A stretch of 32,000 nucleotides of DNA, from positions 120,001-152,000 of the forward strand of contig RQZE01000002.1 of NCBI GenBank assembly GCA_003858585.1, given 5' to 3'. A program made the position numbers and the translations under genes. Within the stretch, counting starts at the first letter, position 1; each line of letters begins with the position of its first letter. The notes under the pieces were generated by a model. The model saw nothing but the letters and a program-made list of their open reading frames with translations, was not told where the DNA came from and ran no database searches. Source of the DNA: Erysipelotrichaceae bacterium OH741_COT-311 (GTDB lineage: Bacteria; Bacillota_I; Bacilli_A; Erysipelotrichales; Erysipelotrichaceae). Shown here piece after piece: positions 23,628 through 32,000 of this stretch.

Positions 23628-25719
23628 CATGAAGGCATATTTAGATGATTTTAATAAATTAAATGTTGTAATTTCGCATCGTTTTTACAATGGAAAAACC
23701 AATGGGTTTTATTTAAAGCGTAGTGACGGTTTAGTAATGGAATGCCAAATAAAGAGCATTCTAGAACAAAATGGTTATACGCAATATGAAGTGGTATTTG
23801 AAGGGGAATATGATTTCAGTAAGCGATATACCGTATATGAATCTCATTGTCATCAAGCGACAGTGGAAGTGCGTTATCTTGTTCATACAAAGCGTTTTGA
23901 AGAATTGTTTTATTACGACGGTAAAGATTTAGGAAGTCATTATACAAAAGAAGCGACATCTTTTGCTTTATGGGCACCAACGGCAATTTATGCTGCAGTG
24001 CATATCAATGATGAAATTTATACGATGGAAAAAACAGAAAAGGGTGTTTTTCGTGCAACGGTATATAAAGATTTAGATGGTGCCAAATATCGTTACTATG
24101 TTGATGTAAATGGTCATATCGTTGAGACAACCGATCCTTATGCAATTAGTGGTTTTGCAAATGGAAAGGCAAGTGCAGTTATTAATCCTGAAAAATTGGT
24201 GAAGAAACAATCGTATACACTTGAACCAATGAATAGTTATACGGATGCGATTATTTATGAATTAAGTGTGCGTGATTTTACAAGTGATATTACGGCTTGT
24301 ACATCAAGTCATTCTTTGTTTAAGTCGATGTTAGAAGAAGGTACAACATTTAAAGGATTACCAACCGCATTTGATTATTTGAAGAGTTTAAATGTTACTC
24401 ATGTGCAATTACTTCCGGTTACTGACTTTGCGACGGTAGATGAGGAAAATCCAAGGCGTGCATATAACTGGGGATATGATCCATTACAATGGGGTGTCTT
24501 AGAAGGTAGTTATAGTAGTAATCCAAATGATCCATATAGTCGAGTGAATGAGTTCATAGAGTTAGTAAATACACTTCATGTTCATGGGATGCGCGTAAAT
24601 TTAGATGTGGTGTTTAACCATCACTATGATTTGAGTATGTCAAACTTAAATTTAATTGTTCCTTATTATTTCTTTCGTTATAGTGATCAAAAGTATTTAT
24701 CAAATGGATCATTCTGTGGAAATGATACAGAATCTCGTCGTTTAATGATGCGTAAGTTTATGTTGGATACCATTGAAAAATTTATTACATTATATGATAT
24801 TGATGGTCTACGTTTTGATTTGATGGGTATTCATGATATTGTAACGATGAATGAGATTTATAAATTAGCATCAAGTTATAAGTGCGATTTTATGGTTTAT
24901 GGAGAAGGCTGGAATATGCCAACTGCGATGAGTGATGATGAAAAAGCTACGTTATATAACAATTATCAAATGCCACACATCGCTTTCTTTAATGATTTCT
25001 TCCGTGATGTTGTAAAGGGAAAGACGTCTGTAGAAGAATCTTATGCCAAGGGCTATATTACAGGGAATCTGAATTTAATGTTTGAATATAAATCGGCGCT
25101 ATTAGGGAATAGTATTGATGGTTATCATAAAATTTATTTAAGTCCAACACAGTCAATTAATTATGTTGAGTGCCATGATAATGCGACAAGTTGGGATAAG
25201 ATTGATGATTGTTGTAAAGAAGATGTTAATCAAATTCGTATTTTAAAACATAAGTTATTGCTTGCAACAACAATGATTGCCCAAGGAGTACCGTTTATTC
25301 ATAGTGGGCAAGAGTTCGCTCGTACAAAACTTGGAATGCATAATACGTATAATACAATGGATGATATTAATAAGTTGGATTATAATCGTTTGAATCGTTA
25401 TCAAATGATTTATGATTACTTTAGAGATTTAGTTACTTTACGTAGAAGACATAAGTGTTTCCGTTTAAGTAATACGGAGGATATTTTTAAGTATGTTGAA
25501 TTTGAGTCATATGATGATTTATTAGTTTATAGCATCATGGAAGAGGATCATACTATAGTATGTTTTATTAATCCGACATCTAGTGAAATTACATATGCAA
25601 AACAAGGTACACTTATCTTTAATGAGCATGGGTTAGTGAATGATAAAGCTGTTGATCATGTAGATATTAAACCGTATTCCATTTCGATATTAAAATGTAA
25701 ACATGAAGCAGTATCTTAA
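23617..25719 (+). CDS. pulA: Type I pullulanase (GH13), no signal peptide, so probably cytoplasmic (AmyX-like)
   Basis: Start at ATG 23617 (MEASMKAY), 7 nt after GGAGGA, overlapping the MATE gene by 11 nt. YNWGYDP pullulanase motif; GH13 regions DVVFNHH, GLRFDLMG, YGEGW, YVECHDN. Confidence 0.9.
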   Translation: MEASMKAYLDDFNKLNVVISHRFYNGKTNGFYLKRSDGLVMECQIKSILEQNGYTQYEVVFEGEYDFSKRYTVYESHCHQATVEVRYLVHTKRFEELFYYDGKDLGSHYTKEATSFALWAPTAIYAAVHINDEIYTMEKTEKGVFRATVYKDLDGAKYRYYVDVNGHIVETTDPYAISGFANGKASAVINPEKLVKKQSYTLEPMNSYTDAIIYELSVRDFTSDITACTSSHSLFKSMLEEGTTFKGLPTAFDYLKSLNVTHVQLLPVTDFATVDEENPRRAYNWGYDPLQWGVLEGSYSSNPNDPYSRVNEFIELVNTLHVHGMRVNLDVVFNHHYDLSMSNLNLIVPYYFFRYSDQKYLSNGSFCGNDTESRRLMMRKFMLDTIEKFITLYDIDGLRFDLMGIHDIVTMNEIYKLASSYKCDFMVYGEGWNMPTAMSDDEKATLYNNYQMPHIAFFNDFFRDVVKGKTSVEESYAKGYITGNLNLMFEYKSALLGNSIDGYHKIYLSPTQSINYVECHDNATSWDKIDDCCKEDVNQIRILKHKLLLATTMIAQGVPFIHSGQEFARTKLGMHNTYNTMDDINKLDYNRLNRYQMIYDYFRDLVTLRRRHKCFRLSNTEDIFKYVEFESYDDLLVYSIMEEDHTIVCFINPTSSEITYAKQGTLIFNEHGLVNDKAVDHVDIKPYSISILKCKHEAVS

Positions 25720-25725
25720 ATAAAA

Positions 25726-25755
25726 AAAGCGAATGGATGATTCGCTTTTAATTTT
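25726..25755. terminator. Bidirectional terminator between convergent genes
   Basis: AAAGCGAAT (25726-25734) GGATG ATTCGCTTT (25740-25748), with an A-run before and TAATTTT after. Confidence 0.8.
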
Positions 25756-26185
25756 GTCTTTGCAGAGGAATTAATGTGGTTTTTATCTCTTCATCATAGG
25801 TACTTGTACGATACATATTCGTATCATCATCAAAGGTATCAATAACAATCTCTTGATCTCCTTGATATTTATTTAGTAATTGTTCAAAATACGTTGAAAT
25901 TTCATGTTGAGGATTCAGTCCTAATAGTTGAAAAATAACGATGACTTTTTCTTGGATAGCAAAGTCATAGAAGATGGTTTCTAAAGGTTCATGAAAGAAT
26001 TGTGTCAATATATCTTCCTGTTGCATTGAAAACATATAACGGATAAATGCATAGCACTCTTCTCTTGTGCTTCCTGAAATTACAATGCGTGATAAAGACA
26101 TAATACTAGGATCTAGTTTGTTTAATTCTTCTTCACTTAAGCGATAGTCAATCATTTCTTTTAAATTCATTTTTGCATGTAGCAT
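25748..26185 (-). CDS. Hypothetical acidic cytoplasmic protein
   Basis: Start at ATG 26185 (MLHAKMNLKEM), 5 nt after AGGTGA; the tracked GTG at 26194 lies in the RBS. 145 aa with no signal peptide, no TM segment and no motif I recognise. Confidence 0.6.
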   Translation of the reverse strand: MLHAKMNLKEMIDYRLSEEELNKLDPSIMSLSRIVISGSTREECYAFIRYMFSMQQEDILTQFFHEPLETIFYDFAIQEKVIVIFQLLGLNPQHEISTYFEQLLNKYQGDQEIVIDTFDDDTNMYRTSTYDEEIKTTLIPLQRQN

Positions 26186-26242
26186 TTTAATCACCTAAAT
26201 AATTATAACAAGTTATGCTATAATGTTCTAGTGAGGTGTAAA

Positions 26243-27988
26243 ATGAAAAAACTGTTTTTATTAATTTTAGTGTTACTTTTATCATTAACAGGTTGTCAAA
26301 AGCCAAATAAAGTGGTCGATGACAACAAAGAGTTTGATGGATTTTTATACAGTGAATTTCAAGCATTATTAAATGATGATTTAATTAGTCAACATTACCA
26401 AGTATACAATCCTGAAACGTATCAGTTATTGCGTCCTGAGGTAGCATCTTTAGGAGAGGTTAGCTATGAAAGTTATCAAGAACAAGTAGAGAAAACAGAT
26501 GCATTGATAGCTAAGTTTAAGGAATTTAAGTATGATTCTTTAAGTAGTCGTCAAAAGGTTGATTATGATGTTATCATGTGGAATTTGAATGCTACAAAAG
26601 AGTTAAATAAGTATCCGGATTTTGATTTTGTTTTTAGTCCTATGAATGGATATCAAAGTAATATCATTACGAATTTTATGGAATTTCGTATTGAAAACAA
26701 GCAGGATATTGAAGATTATTTATGGTTGTTGAAAGATGTATCACGTCTTTTTAAAGATGGAATTGTTTTTACAAAACAACAAGCTGAAAAAGGATACTTC
26801 TTACAAGACTATACATTGGATGAAACGATTGATTTAATTGATAAGTTTACAGATGCGAAAGATAATCAATTAATCGTATCGTTTAAAGATAAAGTAGCAC
26901 TAGTAAATGATATAAGCGAAGAAGAGAAGAGTGCTTTTTTACAAGAAAATGAAGAGATTGTTTACAGTCAAATCATTCCTGTTTTTAAGGAAACAAAAGA
27001 AGCATTAAATGGCCTTCGTGGTTCAAGTAGTATTAAAGATCAAGGTTTAGCTGCTTATCCAAATGGGAAAGAATACTATGCAACCTTATTTAAATATAAA
27101 GCAAGTGATGATATCTCTGTGGATGATGCGTTTAAAGCGTTGAATGATTATATTCTTTCTTGGTTACAACAATACATCGTTATTTTAAGTGGTGCAGAAG
27201 GCGCTGTTGATGAGGCAAGTAACTATACATTACCATATAAGGGTGTTGATGAAATCTTGGTATATTTAGAAGAACATTATCCTAAGATTGTGCATCCATT
27301 GCCTTCAATCGATTATAAAATTTCTTATCTAGATCCTTCTATTACAAATCCAAGTATTAGTGCTTATTACTTACAAGCTCCAATTGATAATACAAGATTA
27401 AATGTAATTCGTGTCAATGGTGAAAATTCTTCTAGTGATTTTGATTTGTTTGTAACATTGGCACACGAAGGGTTACCGGGACACTTATATCAAAATATGA
27501 ACTTTATTCAAACAGAAGCAAATCCATATCGTCTAAGTAATTCTTTTATTGGTTATAGTGAAGGCTGGGCGATGATTAGTGAGTTTTTCATGATTGAAAC
27601 GTTAGACTTTGAATATCCGGAAACAGCGACAATTTTAAAGTCTGATATTGGCTTAAATTATGCAATTGGTGCATTGGTGGATATCATGGTGAATTATTAC
27701 GGCTATGATGTAGCCCAAATCGAAGAACATTTCTCAACTACCTTTGGATTTAATTTAGGCACTGAAGCCTTCCAAGCGATTCGTGAAGGAGTGATTTCAG
27801 ATCCTGCAAGTATTATTCCTTATGGCTATGGTTTGATGAAAATGGATAATTATTATAATGAAGCCTTAAAGAAATATGGTGATAAGTTTTCAATTATAGA
27901 GTTTACAGAAGTGTTGATGAAAAATGGAGAACGTCCATTTGTCTTTGTAGATAAAGATATCGCTCAATATATGAAAGGAAAAAAATAA
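26243..27988 (+). CDS. DUF885-family lipoprotein (putative gluzincin-like metallohydrolase), paralog 1
   Basis: Start at ATG 26243 (MKKLFLL) after GAGGTG. Lipobox SLTGC-QK. Family motif AHEGLPGHLYQ and downstream YSEGWAM. Confidence 0.8.
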   Translation: MKKLFLLILVLLLSLTGCQKPNKVVDDNKEFDGFLYSEFQALLNDDLISQHYQVYNPETYQLLRPEVASLGEVSYESYQEQVEKTDALIAKFKEFKYDSLSSRQKVDYDVIMWNLNATKELNKYPDFDFVFSPMNGYQSNIITNFMEFRIENKQDIEDYLWLLKDVSRLFKDGIVFTKQQAEKGYFLQDYTLDETIDLIDKFTDAKDNQLIVSFKDKVALVNDISEEEKSAFLQENEEIVYSQIIPVFKETKEALNGLRGSSSIKDQGLAAYPNGKEYYATLFKYKASDDISVDDAFKALNDYILSWLQQYIVILSGAEGAVDEASNYTLPYKGVDEILVYLEEHYPKIVHPLPSIDYKISYLDPSITNPSISAYYLQAPIDNTRLNVIRVNGENSSSDFDLFVTLAHEGLPGHLYQNMNFIQTEANPYRLSNSFIGYSEGWAMISEFFMIETLDFEYPETATILKSDIGLNYAIGALVDIMVNYYGYDVAQIEEHFSTTFGFNLGTEAFQAIREGVISDPASIIPYGYGLMKMDNYYNEALKKYGDKFSIIEFTEVLMKNGERPFVFVDKDIAQYMKGKK

Positions 27989-28012
27989 CAAAGGAATTTT
28001 CCTTTGTTTTTT
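27988..28012 (+). terminator. Rho-independent terminator between the two DUF885 paralogs
   Basis: ACAAAGG (27988-27994) AATTTT CCTTTGT (28001-28007), followed by TTTTT. Confidence 0.7.
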
Positions 28013-28021
28013 ATCATAACT

Positions 28022-29719
28022 ATGAAAAAAATAATTATTCTTATTCTAAGTTTCAGTTTTTTATTCGGATGTAGTAAATCCAAAATAACTCCAACCTCTA
28101 TTCATGAGGAAACAATGTCATTCAATGAATTTTTGGATGAAGAATTAAATCAATATATTTATGCTGATAATATGTCTTATCAAAGATACTACGTCAATAC
28201 GTTTGATTATCACGATGTTGTAAAAAAACCTCGCTTTGCAAAACCGATGACAATAGAAGATTATCAAAAAAGTTATGAAACATTACTTCAATATAATCGA
28301 GATGACTTAAATACATATCAACAGGCTAGCTATGATGCTTATGCATTTTATCTGAAGAATAAAATAGAACAATCAAAGTATCCCTATTTTACCTTTGCTT
28401 TTCAACCATCGGAAAAAGGGGTTACATATACTGTTTTTGAAAATTTAGCATTTTATCGTTTCGATAATGTTGAAGAATTCCGTCAATACTTAGCACTTTT
28501 TGATGAAGTAGAAGCTTATTTTCAAGAAGGATTAGAATTTAGTAAGAAACAAAAAGAAGTAGGTTATATCATGCCTACCATTGTGTATGAAGAGGCTATT
28601 AGTTTTCTTGATTTATTTTTAAATGAAACTTATCTTGATGTATATAATAATTTTGATTATAATGTTGAATATATCTTTGTTTCAGATGATGCAAAGCAAG
28701 AATTGGTTAAGGAATTTAATGCTAAAGTTGAAACATTGATTGATCAAGTGAAAGCTTTAAAAGAAGAGCTTTTACAATTAAAAGAAGAAAATGTTCCTTA
28801 TAAAAGTATTGTGGAGTATCCACATGGTAAAGAGTATGCGAGAAGTTTGATTCAATTCAATGCCAGTGGGGAAGTGGATCCGGATGAACTTTATCAAACA
28901 TTAGTAACGTTTTTAGATGACCAGTTTCAAAAGCACTATGATTTGTTGTATGGGGATGCCTATAATGAATTTTATGAATTTGATATTGATATGAGTTTAG
29001 AAGAAATTATGAATCATTTAAAAGCGAACTATACCCGTATCTTGCCGGAAGTAAAAGATCTAAATTATGATATTAGTTACTTTGAAGAGTGGGAAGAATC
29101 ATACTTAGATGGTTATTTTCTTCCAGGGTATTTAGATAGTCCAAATGCAAATGTGATTAAAATTAATGAAAAAAATGTGGATTCAAATATTGATTTATAT
29201 TCTGTTTTAGCTCATGAGGCATTACCCGGTCATATGTATGAATATAGTTTTTCAAATACCTATGGAAAGCATCCTATTCATTATGCATTTCGTATGATGG
29301 CTTATAGTGAAGGCTGGGCGATGTTTTCAGAAATTTTAGCATTGGAATGGTTGGAGATGAATCCGGAAGTACGTGATTTAATTCGTTACTATATTTTCTA
29401 TGATTATGTAACAGGGGCACTTTTAGATTTGCAAGTAAACTACTATAATATGTCTTTTGAAGAAATAAAAGCTTTTTATAGTAAATATGAAACGATAAGT
29501 GATGAAGATATAGAACTTATGATTGAAGGAGCTTATAAAGAACCGTTTGGCTATATATCATATGGGTATGGTTTGTATTATTTTTACACACAAAGTGTGA
29601 ATGCGATGGATGAAAATAACCTTAGTTTACAAGAATTTTTACAAGTTGTATTAAGTAGTGGTGAGCGTCCATTGATAGCAGTGAGCCAAGATATTGAAAA
29701 GTATATGAAAAATAAATAA
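28022..29719 (+). CDS. DUF885-family lipoprotein, paralog 2
   Basis: Start tentatively at ATG 28022 (MKKIIILILSFSFLFGC-SK lipobox). The tracked TTG at 28004 lies inside the terminator stem. Motifs AHEALPGHMYEY and YSEGWAM. No recognisable SD. Confidence 0.75.
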   Translation: MKKIIILILSFSFLFGCSKSKITPTSIHEETMSFNEFLDEELNQYIYADNMSYQRYYVNTFDYHDVVKKPRFAKPMTIEDYQKSYETLLQYNRDDLNTYQQASYDAYAFYLKNKIEQSKYPYFTFAFQPSEKGVTYTVFENLAFYRFDNVEEFRQYLALFDEVEAYFQEGLEFSKKQKEVGYIMPTIVYEEAISFLDLFLNETYLDVYNNFDYNVEYIFVSDDAKQELVKEFNAKVETLIDQVKALKEELLQLKEENVPYKSIVEYPHGKEYARSLIQFNASGEVDPDELYQTLVTFLDDQFQKHYDLLYGDAYNEFYEFDIDMSLEEIMNHLKANYTRILPEVKDLNYDISYFEEWEESYLDGYFLPGYLDSPNANVIKINEKNVDSNIDLYSVLAHEALPGHMYEYSFSNTYGKHPIHYAFRMMAYSEGWAMFSEILALEWLEMNPEVRDLIRYYIFYDYVTGALLDLQVNYYNMSFEEIKAFYSKYETISDEDIELMIEGAYKEPFGYISYGYGLYYFYTQSVNAMDENNLSLQEFLQVVLSSGERPLIAVSQDIEKYMKNK

Positions 29720-29785
29720 TATTGCTTGTATAAAAAAGTAATTTTGGATACGATTTTCTTACCGTATAGGTAAGGAGGAAGAAGT

Positions 29786-31123
29786 ATGAGTAAAATCATT
29801 GTTGTAGGTGCAAACCATGCAGGTACAGCCTGTATTAATACCATGTTGGATCACTATCCGGGGGCAAATGAAGTGGTGGTGTATGACCGAAATTCAAACA
29901 TTTCGTTTTTAGGATGTGGCATGGCGCTGTGGATTGGTCGTCAAATTGAAAGCGGTGATGGATTATTTTACGCAAATCCTGAGATCTTAGAAAAAAAAGG
30001 TGCTAAGATTTTTATGGAACATGAAGTTGTTAAGGTGGACTATAATAGTAAAAAAGTAACGGTCAAGAATTTAAAAACAAATGAAGTGTTTGAAGATAGC
30101 TATGATAAATTAGTGTTAGCTACAGGTTCAACACCAATCATTCCTAATATTCCGGGTATTCATTTAAAAAATGTACAATTAGTTAAATTGTATCAAAATG
30201 CACAGGAAGTTATTGAAAAGCTAAACCAACCAGATATTAAAAAAGTTGCGGTTGTTGGAGCGGGGTATATAGGAGTAGAATTAGCAGAAGCATTTGAACG
30301 TTGCGGTAAAGAAGTTACTATGATAGATTTAGCACCAAGACCATTGGCTAGCTATTATGATCCGGAATTTAGTCAGTTAATGGAAGATAATTTAGCGAAA
30401 CATGGTATTAAACAAGTTTATGGACAAAGTGTAAAAGAAATGAAAGGTAGCGATAAGGTAGAAGCGATTGTTACCGATCATGAAACAATGGAAACAGATA
30501 TGGTTATCCTATGTATCGGTTTTAGACCAAACAATATCCTGAGTGAAGGTTTGGAAACGTTTAAAAATGGTGCCATCAGTGTTGATTTACATCAAGAAAC
30601 AAGTGTAAAAGATGTATATGCGATTGGAGATTGTGCGACAGTGTTTGACAATGCCACACAACAAAAACAATATATTGCTCTTGCAACAAATGCTGTGCGT
30701 TCCGGGATAGTTGCCGGTCATAATGTATGTGGTACGACTTTGGCATCTATTGGAGTACAAGGTTCAAATGGTATTAATATCTATGAATTAAAGATGGTTT
30801 CAACAGGTATTTGTGAAACAAAAGCAAAGCAATTAGGTCTTAATATCAAAACAACAACGTTTGAGGATTTACAAAAACCGGAATTTATGAAGCATGACAA
30901 TCATAAAGTCTTAATTAAAATTGTATATGATGCTGAAACAAGAGTTATTTTAGGGGCACAAATTGCAAGTGAGCATGATGTGTCTATGGCAATACATATG
31001 TTCTCATTAGCAATTCAAGAGAAGGTAACGATTGATCGTTTGGCATTAACTGACATCTTCTTCTTGCCACATTTTAATAAGCCATATAATTACATTACAA
31101 TGGCAGCTTTAACAGCAAAATAA
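29786..31123 (+). CDS. nox: NADH oxidase (FAD-dependent pyridine nucleotide-disulfide oxidoreductase, Nox/Npx class)
   Basis: 445 aa. [14 protein letters not shown] fold, redox-active Cys in [13 protein letters not shown] fold [27 protein letters not shown]. Confidence 0.85.
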   Translation: MSKIIVVGANHAGTACINTMLDHYPGANEVVVYDRNSNISFLGCGMALWIGRQIESGDGLFYANPEILEKKGAKIFMEHEVVKVDYNSKKVTVKNLKTNEVFEDSYDKLVLATGSTPIIPNIPGIHLKNVQLVKLYQNAQEVIEKLNQPDIKKVAVVGAGYIGVELAEAFERCGKEVTMIDLAPRPLASYYDPEFSQLMEDNLAKHGIKQVYGQSVKEMKGSDKVEAIVTDHETMETDMVILCIGFRPNNILSEGLETFKNGAISVDLHQETSVKDVYAIGDCATVFDNATQQKQYIALATNAVRSGIVAGHNVCGTTLASIGVQGSNGINIYELKMVSTGICETKAKQLGLNIKTTTFEDLQKPEFMKHDNHKVLIKIVYDAETRVILGAQIASEHDVSMAIHMFSLAIQEKVTIDRLALTDIFFLPHFNKPYNYITMAALTAK

Positions 31124-31149
31124 ACTATCACGATTGTGATAGTTTTTTT
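31124..31149 (+). terminator. Rho-independent terminator
   Basis: ACTATCAC (31124-31131) GATT GTGATAGT (31136-31143), followed by TTTTTT. Confidence 0.85.
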
Positions 31150-31202
31150 AATCTTCATCACATCTTCATACCAACGTGATACACTTTTAATGGGGTGATT
31201 TT

Positions 31203-31880
31203 ATGTATCGAGTATTATTTATGGAAGATGAACCAATTATTCGTGAAGTATTGGTAGAGTATATGGAAATAGCGGGCTATAGCGTTTTTGTAGCAACCGA
31301 CGGGGAAGAAGCCATGCGTCTTGTTGATCATGAAAATCTTGATTTAGCTATTTTAGATATTATGGTTCCCAAATACAATGGCTTTGAAGTTTTAAACTAC
31401 ATTCGTTTAAGTCATAATAAACACATCGGTGTTTTAATGTTGAGTGCTTTAGATGATGTCAATAGTCAAGTGCATGCGTTTAATGATACAGCGGATGATT
31501 ATATTATAAAGCCGGTATCTCCTATTATTTTATTAAAGCGTATGGAAACATTGCTTCGACGTGTAAAATCTCAAATATCATGGCAAGAAGGCTTAAAGAT
31601 TGATCATGAGGGTTACCGTGCATTATATAATGGAATACCTTTAAAATTAACGTTAAGTGAATTTTTATTATTACAAGTCTTATATCAAAGTCCTCATCGT
31701 GTGTTTTCAAGAGAACAATTGATTTTAAATATTTTTAATGAAGATTATATTGGAAATGATCGAATTATTGATGCACATATTAAAAACTTACGTAAGAAAT
31801 TGCCATTTAACTGTATTAAAACAATTGTAGGAGTGGGTTATCAATTTCAAAAGGAGGAAGCATATGAAGTTAAAAAGTAA
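31203..31880 (+). CDS. OmpR/PhoB-family response regulator
   Basis: 225 aa. Receiver domain (MEDEP..., phospho-Asp context DLAILDIMVP, KP) plus a winged-helix output domain ending VGVGYQF. Confidence 0.92.
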   Translation: MYRVLFMEDEPIIREVLVEYMEIAGYSVFVATDGEEAMRLVDHENLDLAILDIMVPKYNGFEVLNYIRLSHNKHIGVLMLSALDDVNSQVHAFNDTADDYIIKPVSPIILLKRMETLLRRVKSQISWQEGLKIDHEGYRALYNGIPLKLTLSEFLLLQVLYQSPHRVFSREQLILNIFNEDYIGNDRIIDAHIKNLRKKLPFNCIKTIVGVGYQFQKEEAYEVKK

Positions 31881-32000
31881 GATGCTTCTATTTAATGTTA
31901 TATTATCTTTATTAGTGGTTAGTATCATTGTATTGTATTTTTTATATATGATTCCATCTTTATATGTCGAAAATCGTAAGCAGGATTTATTAAACGAAGC
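31864..32000 (+). CDS. Probable sensor histidine kinase, N-terminal fragment (runs off the window)
   Basis: ATG 31864 follows GGAGGAAG and overlaps the regulator gene by 17 nt. My translation, MKLKSKMLLFNVILSLLVVSIIVLYFLYMIPSLYVENRKQDLLNE, starts with a TM helix. No kinase motifs are visible yet; the call rests on position only. Confidence 0.55.
   Translation, partial: MKLKSKMLLFNVILSLLVVSIIVLYFLYMIPSLYVENRKQDLLNE

Noticed and set aside
27553-27574. A 22-nt stretch (TTATAGTGAAGGCTGGGCGATG) identical between the two DUF885 paralogs (also at 29302-29323), considered as a gene-conversion tract or embedded regulatory element.
   Set aside because: It encodes the invariant YSEGWAM motif. With strong codon bias, 22 nt of identity in one conserved motif can arise without conversion, and the flanks diverge immediately.
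29722-29785. Possible nox promoter (TTGTAT-17-TACGAT), and a hairpin CTTACC-GTATA-GGTAAG whose 3' arm overlaps the start of the AAGGAGG RBS. Considered as a translational control element or Rex-regulated leader.
   Set aside because: The stem is only 6 bp, the promoter hexamers are weak, and no Rex-type inverted repeat (TTGTGAA-N-TTCACAA) is present. The evidence is too weak to call.
1-32000. I looked for mobile elements, prophage or defence genes, CRISPR arrays, tRNA/rRNA genes and riboswitches.
   Set aside because: - No transposase, integrase or recombinase ORFs were found, and no terminal inverted repeats.
- No regularly spaced repeat arrays were found.
- Intergenic regions are all 132 nt or shorter, and promoters, RBSs and terminators account for them, leaving no room for structured RNA genes.

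Overview
This is low-GC (about one-third G+C by eye) chromosomal DNA from a Gram-positive-type bacterium. It has strong GGAGG Shine-Dalgarno sites, many lipobox lipoproteins and standard TGG Trp; my guess is Bacillota, possibly Erysipelotrichia or Clostridia-like. The window is densely coding, mostly housekeeping and accessory metabolism.

Gene content from left to right:
- The 3' end of an ABC ATPase gene, an orphan lipoprotein gene, a free-standing B3/4-domain gene and a YitT-like membrane protein gene.
- A tightly packed six-gene operon between terminators: mutS, a membrane-anchored ORF, mutL, miaA, tcdA and a BI-1/YccA gene.
- A nucleoside 2-deoxyribosyltransferase gene on the minus strand.
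- A Zn/Cd P1B-2 ATPase gene behind an ArsR/SmtB-like operator, followed closely by a DD-carboxypeptidase gene.
- An internally duplicated lipoprotein gene and a CsaA-like tRNA-binding protein gene.
- A two-gene unit derived from class III ribonucleotide reductase.
- A minus-strand zinc-uptake operon: zur, znuA, znuC, znuB and a CCxxD lipoprotein gene, with a consensus promoter and a palindromic box.
- A MATE exporter gene and a cytoplasmic pullulanase gene, then an orphan acidic protein gene.
- Two tandem DUF885 lipoprotein paralogs, an NADH oxidase gene, and the start of an OmpR-type two-component system.

I found no rRNA, tRNA, CRISPR array, transposase, integrase or phage genes.

The most unusual item is the unit at 15887-18471. 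It encodes a MarR winged-helix domain fused to an NrdG-type activase scaffold that has lost two of the three radical-SAM cluster cysteines. The next gene encodes an ATP-cone NrdD-like protein that lacks the thiyl-radical Cys loop, the Zn ribbon and the glycyl-radical motif. I read this as a catalytically dead anaerobic RNR pair repurposed as a possible nucleotide-sensing transcription module.

All homology statements rest on by-eye motif recognition; no searches were run.
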